A DNA stretch of 64,000 nt, from assembly GCA_964016885.1 (NCBI GenBank), contig OZ024743.1, positions 251,596,001-251,660,000 on the forward strand. The letters run 5' to 3'. Positions 51,329-64,000 of the stretch are shown here, one piece after another. The number at the start of each line of letters is the position of its first letter. Position 1 is the first letter of the stretch. The DNA comes from Eledone cirrhosa. Lineage: Eukaryota. Under the pieces are notes generated by a model that did not search any database, had not been told where the DNA came from, and saw only the letters and a list, made by a program, of their open reading frames with translations. The position numbers and the translations under genes are program-made.

Positions 51329-53374
51329 CATAAATGTGCATGTGTGTGTATGTATATATATATATATATATACATACATAAATGTGCATGCGTGAGTATG
51401 TATGATAAATCAATAAAAATCATTTAGTTGTGCATAATAGGCTGCCCACCTGTACATTTAACAAAATACTCAAAACACACACACACTTATATATGTGTGT
51501 GTTTGTGTACAGGATGTCCCCCAAATTTGTATACATACTTCAATAGCATTCTAATAAATATTGCCTGTACAGGTAATCAAAGTCTGTATATATTTTGGGG
51601 GGACAGCCTGTATATATATATAATGTGTGTGTGTTCATGCTAGCAGTATATACATATAATAAGTCAATAAAATGAATTGGTTGATGATTTGGGGATTTCT
51701 AAGACACCAAATAATCAAACACAGAAGACAGTCAGGAGAGAGATAATGGTTTTATCAAATTCTAAAAATCTGATTTTGGAGATTGTATCCAAAATGTTTG
51801 GCATTAGACCATGTCAGATCAAACTGTGAAAGCTGTGAACCTGACCATTGAGATAGATAGATAGCAAAGAAGAGAGAGAGAGAAGGGAGTGTAGAGGTTG
51901 GATGGGTAATGAAGTTGGCTGGTAGCAGAAATTTCCATGTGTCAGTGTGCTGTGTGAGTCTGTGTGTGTCTGTGTGAGTGTGTGTTATGTATGTGTCTGG
52001 GCCTATGAAGAGGAATAAATATTTGGTGGCACTTTTTTTTTTCCATCTTATGTTTTTTTCATTTATTTCGTGTTATTGTTTTTGCTTGATTTGTTTTATT
52101 TTCTTAGTTTGTTTTTGCATAAAAGCTGTTATAGAAGAAGCACTATTGTTCCAGTAGGTGAACATAGAACTGAAGAAGTAAGAAGTTGTAGGAATTGGTG
52201 AAATTTGGGTGGTGGTGGCAGTGGTGGTGGAGTGGGGTGGGGCTTGAATACTTGTGGGGTTCCATATAGTTAATAGTCCGTGTGGCAGAGGAGAGGAGAG
52301 GAAGAGCCTGGGTTTGGTTGGGGGTGGAATTGAAGGACCAGCTGGGTCCCTGGACGGGTATGATAATCATTCAATCTAGTATAGGATATCATTAACTGTT
52401 ATAATGGGGGTAGGGATGTGTGTGTGTGAGTGCTGGTGGCAAGTGAGAGCATGAGACCAGGGTGTAGAGGAGTAGTGGGCAGGGGTGTAATATTGACTCA
52501 GCTTCTCCACACCCCTACCACCAACCACACCACTGGAATGGTAAAGAGATGAGGGGGGTTGAATCTTGCTGACGATGCTATTTCTACCAAATAGTTTCTT
52601 GATCACAAAACCTGGCACTAAGAACTTCTGTCTATTTTCCAAGATAAATAAACTCTTTTTTCCCCAACTATTACTAAAGATAGCCTTAGATTAGAAAATT
52701 CGCTTATATATGTGTGTGTGTGTGTGTGTGGGGGGGGGGGGGTCAAGAGAAAGAAGTGTGGAAAAAAACGATCCGATATATTACTCTATTTAACAGAGGA
52801 GATTGTTTTATTTCTTATATTGGTTGGTGTGTGTGTGTGTGTGTATATATATACACACACACATACATATATGTATGTATACATTGTTTTCGTTTTTTGT
52901 TGGTTTTGTAAGTAATCATTTATTTGATTCCAATTCTGTTTCCATTCTATTTCTTACTGTTTGTCTCTCTGTTTAGATTCTCTCAGAAACTATGCAAAAA
53001 TCAACCAAAGTGAAGAATTTACTCTGGGATATTCTTCTTCTCTTAGTAATAAAATTCTATTGCCAGGGTGCCACCAACTCGCCCATCCACCTACTAACCA
53101 GCCCACTTACCAATCAACCTAACGACAAACTAACCAATCGCAATGACAAAGAATCTATTTAATGAACAAACAGCTTTTATCAACGACTTATTTACTTTAT
53201 GAAGTAGAACTGTTCTTAGCAATTATATCATGGATGAAGCATTTTAGCCACTTGAAAAGAGTAACACTCACAAATATCTGTTTTGTTCACATTTCATTTA
53301 ATTTGTGAGGTGCCATCATTATCATGATCACCATCATTTTTTACATCTGTTTCTACTTTTTTTGTTAGCATGTG

Positions 53375-53700
53375 CAATGTTAGTGCGCATGAACGATGGG
53401 GCATGGATGAAGTGAAAGAAAAGCTAAGTATAAGAAAAATTAGATGTGGTGTGCTTGAAAGAAGATTTCACTTGTTTGGATGTAGAATGCTGGGTGAAAA
53501 AATACCAGGTGATGCCAGCAGAAGGAAGCTATTGTAGAGGAAGACTAATAAAAACCTGGGCAGATGTGATTAGATGTGATCCCAAAATGCCGAACCTCAC
53601 AGAAGGGTTGATGAAGGAATGGTGTGAGTGGAGGGATTCTGTGCTGAAAAGGACCTGTCCAACTCATGCAAGCATGGAAGAGTGCATGTAAAATGATGAT
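53375..53700 (+). mobile_element. Degenerate RTE 3' fragment
   Basis: RGRLIKTWADVIRCD...EWRDSVLKRT, then catgcaagcatggaag...aaatgatgat tail. Confidence 0.65.
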
Positions 53701-54964
53701 AATATAGGAGTTAAATAACTCCTCTTCATTATATCATTCCTGCAATTATCTCTTTTGTTTGTCATCTCTTTTGTGAAGTTCAACAGCCTGAAGTTCACTT
53801 TCACTATTTTTGCCCGTCTTTTAATGGTCTGCCTCTCCCAGAACTGATGGAAGGCCAACAACAAAATCAAGACATCTTCATGATATGCCACTCCTTTTTC
53901 ACTAGTAGTATTACAGTTACAAAAAGAAATGTTTTGATATGTGTTGTTTGTTTTGTTTAGGGGTGTTTTGTTCTAATGTTTTCATCAAAGTCAATGTTTG
54001 CTTACTGTTCTGTGTACAAAGTCATGGCAGATTGGATGATCTAAAGGAATCAATTTTTTTTAACAATTGCCGATTATTTCAAAGATATCAAATGGGAAGA
54101 GAATGAAGACATCCATCAATGATCTTGTTTAATAAAGCTAAAGTAATTAAATATGTCTGTTTATATATGTGTATGAGTTTACATGTGTGTAAATATATGT
54201 ATTATTTTTGTATACACACACACATATATATATGTATATATGTATGAGTATATATATGTATGTGTACATATATATGTGAGTAAATATATGTATATATATA
54301 TACATGTGTATATATTTATATATGCATATGCATATATATATATATATAATAAAGAATGATATATGTGCCTCCTACATAGATATAACATGAAGAAAGGCCT
54401 TGCCTGTTTAATAGAAAATAGACATTATTTATAGCAAAAGGAAAAATTAATTTACAGAAGTCAACCGCACAAACACACTCAATATATATATGAATGTGTG
54501 TAGATATATATGTTTATGTATGTATGTATATATCTATCTATCTACCTATCTATCTCTCTCTATATATATATATGCGTGTGTTTATATATGTGTGTATGTA
54601 ATTGTGAAAAAGTCAACAATGAAATACACTAGAAACAAACATGGAGAAGAATTACATAAAAAAAAGTGTTTTACCATTTCAACATATCGGCCATTAATCC
54701 TTCATCAAAAAGGAAATGAGTGTGAGGGATGTTAGTGGGGAAAAAGATTAGGAATAAAGAGAAGGAGGAGGATTGTCAGGTTTGAAGTAGACAGGAGTAT
54801 ATATATAATCATCATGTCAACCTTTACATGCTGGCATGGGTTGGACAGAATATTTTCAGACAATCTTTTACAGCGGGATACCCACTTCATGATGCTAACC
54901 TGTTTAGTTGCCTCTTTTAACAAACAGGAATCCAATGTACATATTCTAAAGACACATATGTCGA

Positions 54965-55272
54965 AATGTATATGGTATATAGCATAGTATATAGTATAGC
55001 TTATAGTACATTTTATGGCATACTATGTAGCAAGGCATATGATATATTACATAGCATAGTATATAGTATAATATAGAGTAAATTACATGATATAGCATAT
55101 AATATGGAATATAGTGTATTATATAGTACATTATATAGGATAGTATATAGTATAAAGCCTTCTATAAAGTATAGTATATAAATAATTTTATAGCATAGTA
55201 TTTCCTGTAGTATAAATCATGGTATATAACATAGTATATAGTTAGTATATAGTACACTATATATCATAATAT
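54965..55272. repeat. Degenerate (TATAG)n-type simple repeat
   Basis: Repeated tatag/catag 5-mers. Confidence 0.7.
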
Positions 55273-55582
55273 ATGTGCCGCATTCTGAAGCCCCAAGCTC
55301 CACCAAAAAATATTGTGATACACTAACCTACTTTTACATCACTTTTACATAACTTCTTTCACTCCTTTCTTCCTAACATATGTACATCCTTGTGGCTTTC
55401 CTCAACCAATTCTAACATCTTTACCGATTGACTTCAATGTGTCTCTAATAACCAAATGTTCTTGATTATGTCTGATATAACAACAACAAATTTACATCTA
55501 AGCTTCTTTACATATATATAAATGTCTGTGGAATATCCATTATATATATCCATTATATATATATATCCATTATATATATATA

Positions 55583-55893
55583 AGTTCAAATCCCGCCGAG
55601 GTTCACTTTGCCTTTCATCCTTACGGGGTCAATAAAATAAAGTACCAGTAATGTACTGGGTAATTGCTGGCCTTGTGCTAATAGTAGAAACAATTATATA
55701 TATATAAGGGCGGTGAATTGGCAGTATCGGTAGAGGGTCGGACATGCTTTCCAGCATAGTTACGTCCCTTTATGATCTGAGTTCAATTCCCGCCGAGGTT
55801 AACTTTGCCTTTCCTCCTTACGGGGTCGATAAAATAAAGTACCAGTAATGTACTGGAATAATTGCTGGCCTTGTGCCAAAAGTAGAAACAATT
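55583..55893 (+). mobile_element. Two tandem SINE family A copies (55583-55695 partial, 55708-55893 full)
   Basis: Match 4882-5068. Confidence 0.88.
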
Positions 55894-55903
55894 ATATATA
55901 TAT

Positions 55904-56402
55904 AGTACATTATGAAGAGCGAAGAAACATTAGATATAATTAGTAATAAGATGTATCATACTCAAACTGCTTCTAAATTCCTCGACTACGTAGTTTCGTG
56001 GCATAATCAAAAACAAAACATCACAGAGATATAGAATTTTTGTGAGGTCTGCCGACTTATCAAGAGGATATACGGCCTCGATATAAATACCCCCTCTGCC
56101 TCCGTGGTATTTTTTTCAGGGTTATAAGAGGCATAGCTCTGTTTCTTGACCGCTGTATCACGTGATTGACTCCCCCTCCGCCTTTTGGGATTCTATCTCG
56201 CATCTTACAGACGTGTTTTGAAACCCTTAATGAGGTATCCTCTTGATAAGTCGGCAGACCTCACAAAAATTCTATATCTCTGTGATGTATTGTTTTTGAT
56301 TATGCCACGAAACTACGTAGTCGAGGAATTTAGAAGCAGTTTGGGTATGATACATCTTATTACTAATTATATCTAATGTTTCTTCTCTCTTCATAATGTA
56401 CT
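55904..56402. repeat. Inverted repeat (arms ~167 bp, spacer ~165 bp) with a variant HHR in each arm
   Basis: 55904-56070 is the reverse complement of 56236-56402. Confidence 0.88.
56238..56327 (+). ncRNA. Type I hammerhead ribozyme with U3-A8 core (mirror copy 55979-56068, minus strand)
   Basis: tcctc TTGATAA gtcggca...tgccac GAAA ctacgtag TC gagga. Confidence 0.78.
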
Positions 56403-56577
56403 TTATAGCTCTGATACTGGTTCAGTCTAATCCATTCGGATTGGTTTGTCCCAGTTATTCATAGAGAAACATCTGTTAAGGTTGGCACCATTAACTCAAG
56501 GATAGATGTGGATATATTCATGTATATGTGTGTGTCCGCATGTATCTGTGTGTTTCTCTATATATTGTGCATATATG

Positions 56578-56641
<64 letters not shown>

Positions 56642-56644
<3 letters not shown>

Positions 56645-56892
56645 CAAGACACTTTATTTCACATTACTCCAGTTTACTCAGCTGTAGAAATGAGATGATA
56701 GGGACTGAGGTCCCTATCATTCCACTGTAAAGTGGTCGTGGAGGTGCCATGGCAAAAAAAGCACCCAGCACTCACTGTAAATGGGGTTGGTGTTAGGAAG
56801 GGCATCCAGCTGTAGAAATCAAGCCAGAATCAGTTCTCGTCCCACCCTTGCCAGCAGGGAAAAGCGGACGTAAAATGAAATGACGATGAAAT
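56642..56892 (+). mobile_element. SINE family B, 5'-truncated
   Basis: Matches 5208-5490. Confidence 0.82.
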
Positions 56893-56928
56893 CATACACA
56901 CACACGCATATACATATATCTATAAATG

Positions 56929-56960
<32 letters not shown>

Positions 56961-57613
56961 CATCATCATCATCATCATCATCACCGTTTTACGTCCATTC
57001 TTCCACGCTAGCATGGGTTAGACGGGTTGTCCTGTTGTGGGCAGTGTCTGGTCGGCTGACCATGCCTTGCTCATACAGGAACTGATTTGGCTTGATTTCT
57101 ACAGCTGGATGCCCTTCCTAACACCAACCTCATTTACAGTGATGGTGGGTGCTTTTTCGTGGTGCCTACACGTCCACTTTACGATGTGGACTGGGTGCTT
57201 TTTTGCCGTGGCACCTCCACGACCACCTTGCAGTGGAAGGGTGTGGGGGCATATTGTCTATATGCTTCAGCTTGTACCCATGGGAGGTCGGGTACGCCAG
57301 AGGTCACGGTCGTGTGTCATCGCCTTTGAGAGGTGTAATTGGGTAAGGTCGGCTTTTATCACCTCATCCCAGGTCATCTTGGGTCTCCCCACTCCGCGGT
57401 TTCCATCGACTCCTAGTGCTCTACACCTTTTTATGCAGCTGTCATCCTTCACACGCATCACATGTCCATACCAACGCAACCGCCTCTCCTGCACACAGCA
57501 TTTGATTCCTCTTATGCTCAGTCTCTCTCTCAATTCATTTATGCATTTTCGTTCGCATATATTACAATTACACATCCATCGGAGCATGCAGGCTTCGTTT
57601 CTCTCTAATCTAC
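56961..57613 (-). mobile_element. RTE LINE 3' fragment (ORF2 C-terminus, 3'UTR, (GAT)n)
   Basis: MLRWMC...RRLRWYGHVMR...GRPKMTWDEV...DRDLWR; homologous to ORF 37837-38415. Confidence 0.9.
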
Positions 57614-57645
<32 letters not shown>

Positions 57646-57648
<3 letters not shown>

Positions 57649-58246
57649 TATTGTAGATAAACAACACTGGGCTGTTAGAGATGTCATTGCTGGGGTTGGG
57701 GTTGGGGTTAGGGGAGTAGTTGACAGGCACCGGACTTGTAAATCGTTCATTATGCATGAGCATAGGCGTGGAGAAAGTTTGTGGTTGTATGCTGTTGTTT
57801 TTCGTCCCCTCTGTCATGTCAGTTAAAACTTTCTCTCTACTGACCTCTTCCTCGCACTTCCACTCACTCACTCACTGTTTCTCCCCTTCTCACTTCCCCC
57901 CATTCGCGCGCGAAAACGATTTTCCTTCTTTCTTGCATCGGATTCATCGCGAAAGGTCTATTTCTTACTCGCTCATATATTCACCCAGCTTATACTGATA
58001 GAATAACTATGTAGCTTGTGTTTCTTCCTATCTTCGGTTAGCTTTCCCCTGTGTTGTTTACTTGTCTCACTCGCTTTACGTGTTTTAATTGTCCTAATAA
58101 CTTATTTTAGTTATTATTGCACCAACGTGAGGTATATGATTTTTAATGCAATGAAATACCAATGACCGTTGGCAAATCACTGATGAGGGACTCATTTTAT
58201 AACATGTTATCCATGTGCAACCATGCAGTATTCTTCTCCCCATATT

Positions 58247-58248
<2 letters not shown>
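57646..58248 (+). mobile_element. Family C copy (diverged)
   Basis: 57830-58240 matches 44160-44575. Confidence 0.7.
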
Positions 58249-58303
<55 letters not shown>

Positions 58304-58481
58304 TATATATAAATATACACTCACACACACATGTATATATATACATATATATAACTATGTAATTATATACTTATATATATGTGTACATATATACACACAC
58401 ATACATAGACACATATCTATATATGTTTATATATATATATATGTGTGTGTGTGCATACACATATATATGTGTGTGTATATG

Positions 58482-58541
<60 letters not shown>

Positions 58542-58711
58542 CATATACACACACATATATGTACATATACACATACTTATCTCTATTGATTAATAACTGT
58601 CACATTTAAAGGTGACGTCTTATAGAATCTTTGGCAGATTTTCGAGGAAAAGTAATCATTTCCCTCTCACACTCTCGTATTTAACTCTCTCTCTCTCTCT
58701 CTCTCTCGCTC

Positions 58712-58746
<35 letters not shown>

Positions 58747-59119
58747 GCACACACATATATTTTCATAAATCTCTCTCTATTTCTCTATCTCTGTCTCTGT
58801 GCTTCTTGAAGAATATTGTTAATGTTGAAAGAATTAGTGATCGAGTGAGATGAAATATGTCGCGACATATTTCGGAGGATTCTTTGTTCCTTGTACTAAT
58901 TAGCTGGTGTGTGTATATGTGTCAGTCTATCTGTCTGTATTTGTATGAATGTGTGTGTGTGTGTGTATGAGTATGCATGTTGGTTTGTATGCATGCGTGT
59001 AGGTATATAGATGTGTGTATCAACATTGCTGAGATACAACATATACGCATATACACTAACATACACACACATGTATTCTGATATTCTAGTTTATTAATGA
59101 AAGGAGGGAAAAGTACTGA

Positions 59120-59412
59120 GTATATTTATAGGTTGTATGTTTGATTCCCGGATATGACGATACATTGTGTCCTTGAGCAAGTCACTTTATTTCATGTTGT
59201 TCCAGTTTGCTCGACTGTAGAAATGAGTTGTGACATCACTGGTGCCAAGCTGTATTTTCCGTTGGACATCAGCGGCATAGAAAGAGGAGACTAGTACGCA
59301 TGGTCAACTGCTGGTCTTCCACAAAAACACCTTGTCTAGGATTGAATCTTGGAGGGAAACTTTAAAGGTGCCAATCCCATGGACATTCATGACTGAAGGG
59401 CTCTTTAACCTT
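59120..59412 (+). mobile_element. Old CORE-type SINE with a different tail
   Basis: gtttgattccc B-box-like motif; tgtgtccttgagcaagtcactttatttc CORE. Confidence 0.65.
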
Positions 59413-59504
59413 TTGTATATTATTAGAAATTGAAACTTCTTGAAACATAATTCAGAGTTACACAGAACGCTGAAGTAACCATTAAACAAAACAAGCACAT
59501 TCCT

Positions 59505-59872
59505 AGGACCTGAAGTAATGAGAAACCACATAGAGTATATGGGGTTACTATAAACTCTTCAATGTTAGGGCCTCAAGTAAAGAGTGATCCCATAGAATAT
59601 AATGAGTACCATAATCTCTTTAGCGGTTAAGCTCTGAAATAAAATGAGGCCTGATATAGTATTATGAGGCATCATATTCTTTTTAAAGCTTAATACCTCA
59701 AATAAACAGTGACCCATATATTATATGGGGGTAACTTAATCCTATTAATGCTTAGGTTCTCAAGTAAAGAAAGGTCTGATATAGTATATTGTGATAAAAT
59801 AATCTTTTCAGTGCTTAGAGCCTCAGGTAAATTATATGGAGTTATCATAACTCTCTAGCGCTTCGGGCCTCT
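59505..59872. repeat. Degenerate ~58-bp minisatellite, about 6 units
   Basis: Recurring atagtatattatgRgg...ataatct.tt.a.tgcttaggRcctcaagtaaa. Confidence 0.6.
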
Positions 59873-60624
59873 GTAGTTCAGAATCTGCCCCTGGATGCAT
59901 GTTATGTCTGAGGGTTCTGCAAGCCTCTTTCACTCTAGAGGATCAGTCATTTGATTAAGGCTATCTCATTGTCTGAGACTCCGAATGTGGTTAAATAATA
60001 TGAAGTGACTCCATCTGGGAGTGGAGCACAACATTTGTCTCAAGCTCACCAGTTACATTTTATTGTTGTTGTTGCTTAGTTAGGAAAGGAAGGGCATTGC
60101 TCATGACTCATATCTGGGGCTCCAACACTTGTGGGAGAGTGACAAAGGGAGGAGGGAGACCTGACTTTAATGCTAGCAAAGCCATGTGATGGTGTTATAT
60201 ATGTATATGTATGTATATGTATGTATGAAAAATTCTTTAAAAAATTATGATGGAAGGATTTAATATTAAGTATAAACATTTTACAATAGCTAGTTATATA
60301 TCATAAAACTAGAGTGTTTTGTGGCATGTTGGTATCAAAAGGGTTAATTTTAAATCTTTCATCATAATTTTTTGTTATTTCGAAAATGCCATCTTTATAA
60401 TGAGAAAGTTGGTTATATTACTAAATCCCTCTAAATTCTTGATTAGTTTATATTTGAATACTATATTCAGTGTCTTGCATTAGAAATGTGTTTGAAAAAT
60501 GATAAATCATGAGAAATGTTGAAAAGCCTGGTTGACCTAAGTAAAATTAGAATGCAGAACTAAAGTGTTTGGAATAAATAAGGAATTTGAATTTAGACAT
60601 TAAACCAGAACATTTTAGGGAAGA

Positions 60625-60775
60625 AAAATGTTGATTAAATCAACACCAATACATAACAAGTACATTATTTTCTCAATACCAGAAGCATGAAAGCCAAAGT
60701 TGACCCCAGTGGGATTTGAACTCAGAATATAAAGAGCCAGAATAAATATCACAATGGCATTTTATCTAATACACT
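60625..60775 (-). mobile_element. Old SINE family A-like copy
   Basis: atgaaagccaaagttgaccccagtgggatttgaactcagaa. Confidence 0.6.
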
Positions 60776-61754
60776 ATTCTAAGTCTCTAAGTTTAAAGTC
60801 TGTCCTAAGCCAGGAATCTCATCTGGCTCATGCTTATCCCGGTTTTGTGGTGTGAAGCAACTGAGAGTACAAGACTTCCCTCTGGACAGGACAACAGTTC
60901 ATCACAGATTTAAAATCCTAGCTGTTGCTGGTACTCTTTTCAGCAACGGAGCAACGTGAAATTAAGTGTTTTGCTCAATAACACAACATGCAAGCCAGCC
61001 CAGGAATTAAACCCACAACATTATGATCGTAAGTCCAGCACCCTTACCCCTAAAATCACTAATGTTAAACATTTTCATGCAAACACCTTAAATTTGTTTA
61101 TAATTTACTGTCTGACAACTACCTGCTCAGTAAGTAGTAAGGAATAAGTAATGCAAATGTCTTGATAAAATGTGCTTCAAAGAGCATGGGATCAGTGCTA
61201 AGATGCAGACTTCCAGAGCTCATCTGAGAGGTCAATAACCATACTTGCATATGAACTCAGTCTGTGATGGCCCACGCAACCCAAACTAGCAAGGAAGAAA
61301 GTTGTTAAATGATGATGAGGATGATGATTTATAACTATTAAATAAGCAAAAATACAAATGGAAATCTTTTGTCTGTGACGTATTTCAGAATAACTATAAT
61401 AATATCTTTCCTATTAATATTCTGATCTTTGAAATTTGTTTTGGATTATCAGAGAATTACAGGAATAGGATATTTGCAAGAATCTTATCTTGAATTATGG
61501 ACTATTTTTTATACTAAATATGGTAGCTGAAATTAGGTGTATATATATGTATATACATATTTAGGTGTGTAGGGGAGTTGAAGGGGAAGTGTATATATGT
61601 ATGTTTGCAGTTGTGTGTATGCAAATATATATATATATATATATATGTATGAATGTATGAAAATGTTGAAAAACCGTTGTAAAAATGATGATGATGATTA
61701 TATATATATGTATACATACATGTATAGATATACATGAATATATGTATATGTATA

Positions 61755-61828
<74 letters not shown>

Positions 61829-62028
61829 TACATATACATATTATTGAGAGTCAGGATCCGAAGGTTGAACTCTTGCCGTTTCAATAGCTAGTTCCAGAAC
61901 TAGTTTTTGAAGAGACAAGCGCACAGCCGTCGGGTCCTGACTTGTTATAATATTGCTATACGCTACTACCCCAAGTATTGAGTACTTTGTTGAGTAATGG
62001 TTTTAGTTTTAAACTGGTTCTATCTCGA

Positions 62029-62069
<41 letters not shown>

Positions 62070-62209
62070 TTTACATAGATCTATATGATATACATACCAA
62101 CACACATATGTATCCTAGAAACGATCGTAAAATGATGAATTTTTTAATATAAGGAACTTGTTCTTTGTTTTTATTCATTGTTTTTATTAATTTATATATA
62201 TATATATGA

Positions 62210-62479
62210 GTATATTATACTTTGAGGGGGTCATGTTGCCAATAAATACACATGCACGTGTTGGTTTTCACTTTAATTGATTATAAATTTCTGGTTGGTT
62301 GGTTATTTCCATAATCGGAAGGTTGTTTATATATTGTCAAAGCTCTTTCATCCAACATTCTGAAGTGAAAACCAACAGTTGCGTGTGTTTTTATTGGCAA
62401 CAGGACCCTCCCAATGTATAACAATATGTTTCAACACTCGTTTTCAGATAAGAAATCTCGCTAAACAAATTCAAAAACG

Positions 62480-62482
<3 letters not shown>
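62210..62482. mobile_element. Head-to-head pair of PLE 3' termini related to 21557-22484
   Basis: 62212-62350 is a reverse complement of ~22327-22484; 62362-62480 is a reverse complement of 21558-21678. Confidence 0.75.
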
Positions 62483-62557
<75 letters not shown>

Positions 62558-62620
62558 GTGAGGTTTTTTTACAAAGTGAAAAATAACCGAGGTGTCCTAC
62601 GCGAGTGAAAGTATATAGAA

Positions 62621-62894
62621 AAAAAGATGGAATCGAAAATGCAGCTGGAGTCTTATTTAAAAAAATATATATATATTTATTTGGTTCCTTTACCGGTTTC
62701 GCAGTTCTTCTACTTTTCAAAAGTAGAGTTGAGATGGAGGGTCTGTGGTTTTTCTCACATCTCTGTGAGAAAAACCACAGACCCTCCATCTCAACTCTAC
62801 TTTTGAAAAGTAGAAGAACTGCGAAACCGGTAAAGGAACCAAATAAATATATATATATTTTTTTAAATAAGACTCCAGTTGCATTTTCGATTTC

Positions 62895-62903
<9 letters not shown>
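62621..62903. repeat. Near-perfect ~280-bp palindrome containing an HHR 3' half
   Basis: Centre at ctcaca tctc tgtgag (~62762). Right arm: ctacttttgaaaagtag...gc GAAA ccgg TA aaggaacc; no CTGANGA upstream. Confidence 0.85.
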
Positions 62904-62932
<29 letters not shown>

Positions 62933-62935
<3 letters not shown>

Positions 62936-64000
62936 CAAAGGAATTGTGGTAAGGAACCAGATGGACCATAACGCACCAGAGTACTCAATACTTAGGGTAG
63001 TAGAGTGGGAAATAGGTAAATCGAATGAGAGTAGGAGATAAAATAAAAGATACTAGAAATAAATAAAAAAATATATAAAATTAGATAGTGAGAAATGAAT
63101 AAAAAAAATCATAATGCTATCTTACAATTACAAGTTAATAAGTTGAGAATAGAAAAAACTTGTAGAAATTACAAAACTGATACAAAATTAAAGGGGTTAA
63201 ACAGATCTGCTATAAGTAGTTAATAAAACGTATTCGGCCAATTCTATCTTAAAATTACAGGGGTGGGGGAACTGATGCTACAAGGGCCGAGGTAGGCGAA
63301 AGGGGAAAGCAGACGAGAAAGAAAATTGGGGGTGGAAGGAAGTGATAGGATGAGACAGGTGGAAGAAGACAAAGAGGAAAAGAAAAGAGATACATCTACG
63401 TAAGTAAGCTGGGGTTTCCCCTAACTTATTCGGCAAGTATCAGCTCTTGTCTACCCACCCGGGTCATTATGGGGTTTGAGGGCGAGGTAAGTCCTACGCA
63501 ATCTGTGTTTGCATGCTGTTACCAGTTCGTCTTTCTTGTTTAGGAGTTGGTCTTTCGAAAACAGCATTTGTAATGTTTCCTCCGAGCATAAGTTACACGG
63601 ACGGCGTCCTCCCGTGTAAGAGTTACCTCTGGACAGTAAGCTCCAAGTGAGATTGTAGGTTATATTATTATCTTGGAGGTCCCAGATGTGGCCCGAAAGT
63701 GTAGTGGCATGTCGCTGGACCGGGTTTCGGAAAGTATGTCGGTGTTGGTAGAACCGGGTCTTGAAGTCACACGCAGTTAATCCTATATAAGCTTTGTTAG
63801 GGGTGTCCGTCCTCACGTTGCACTGGTAAATCACGTTACGTTATCGGCATTTGTGTTGAGGGGGCACGTAGATCTATCAGGGCAGTTACACCTCCTGGTC
63901 GGCTCTCCACTGATGTGTAGGTTATTTCTTCCATAGGGGTTGAGTTTTTTGTTGTTTGAGGAGACGATGTTTTGTGCGAAGTTAGGTGTGGTGCTGTAGG
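62933..64000 (-). mobile_element. Penelope-like element 3' part (GIY-YIG plus 3'UTR); continues past the window edge
   Basis: YSTTPN, CNCP..CPL..C, VIYQC...AYIGLTACDFKTRF, CNLCSEE, LLNKKDEL..CKH; same type as ORF 24493-26190. Confidence 0.9.

Noticed and set aside
52950-53125. Possible host exon after a pyrimidine tract and AG (52976)
   Set aside because: Short frame, no recognisable protein, no partner exons; cannot be supported.
53700-53900. 75-aa minus-strand ORF
   Set aside because: Resembles a decayed RTE ORF2 C-terminus rather than a gene.
54675-54715. Minus-strand TTGATGA agga..cc GATA motif (similar remnant at 34525-34556)
   Set aside because: Resembles the 32362 HHR but too decayed to support.
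62605-62969. Mirror ORFs on both strands
   Set aside because: Artefact of the palindrome.

Overview
Repeat-only eukaryotic DNA, very AT-rich and dominated by (TA)n microsatellite. The SINE families resemble those of octopus or another coleoid cephalopod; this is inference from memory, not a search. No host protein-coding gene is recognisable, and most ORF-track entries are microsatellite or satellite artefacts. The window holds at least 7 Penelope-like element (PLE; RT plus C-terminal GIY-YIG) copies or fragments, a near full-length CR1-type LINE with a tandem-CCCH ORF1, a long RTE LINE plus several RTE 3' fragments, two tRNA-derived SINE families, and a 5-kb 24-bp satellite. The most striking signal is about 20 type I hammerhead ribozyme (HHR) motifs from roughly 10 unrelated sequence families. 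They occur in PLE 3' ends and in short non-coding islands set directly in (TA)n. These include a young 310-bp tandem/inverted retrozyme-like array (1-1920), fold-back islands whose ribozyme strand always points outward, terminally redundant ~0.5-kb islands, and an HHR with a compensatory U3-A8 core. All structures were read by eye; none were computed.
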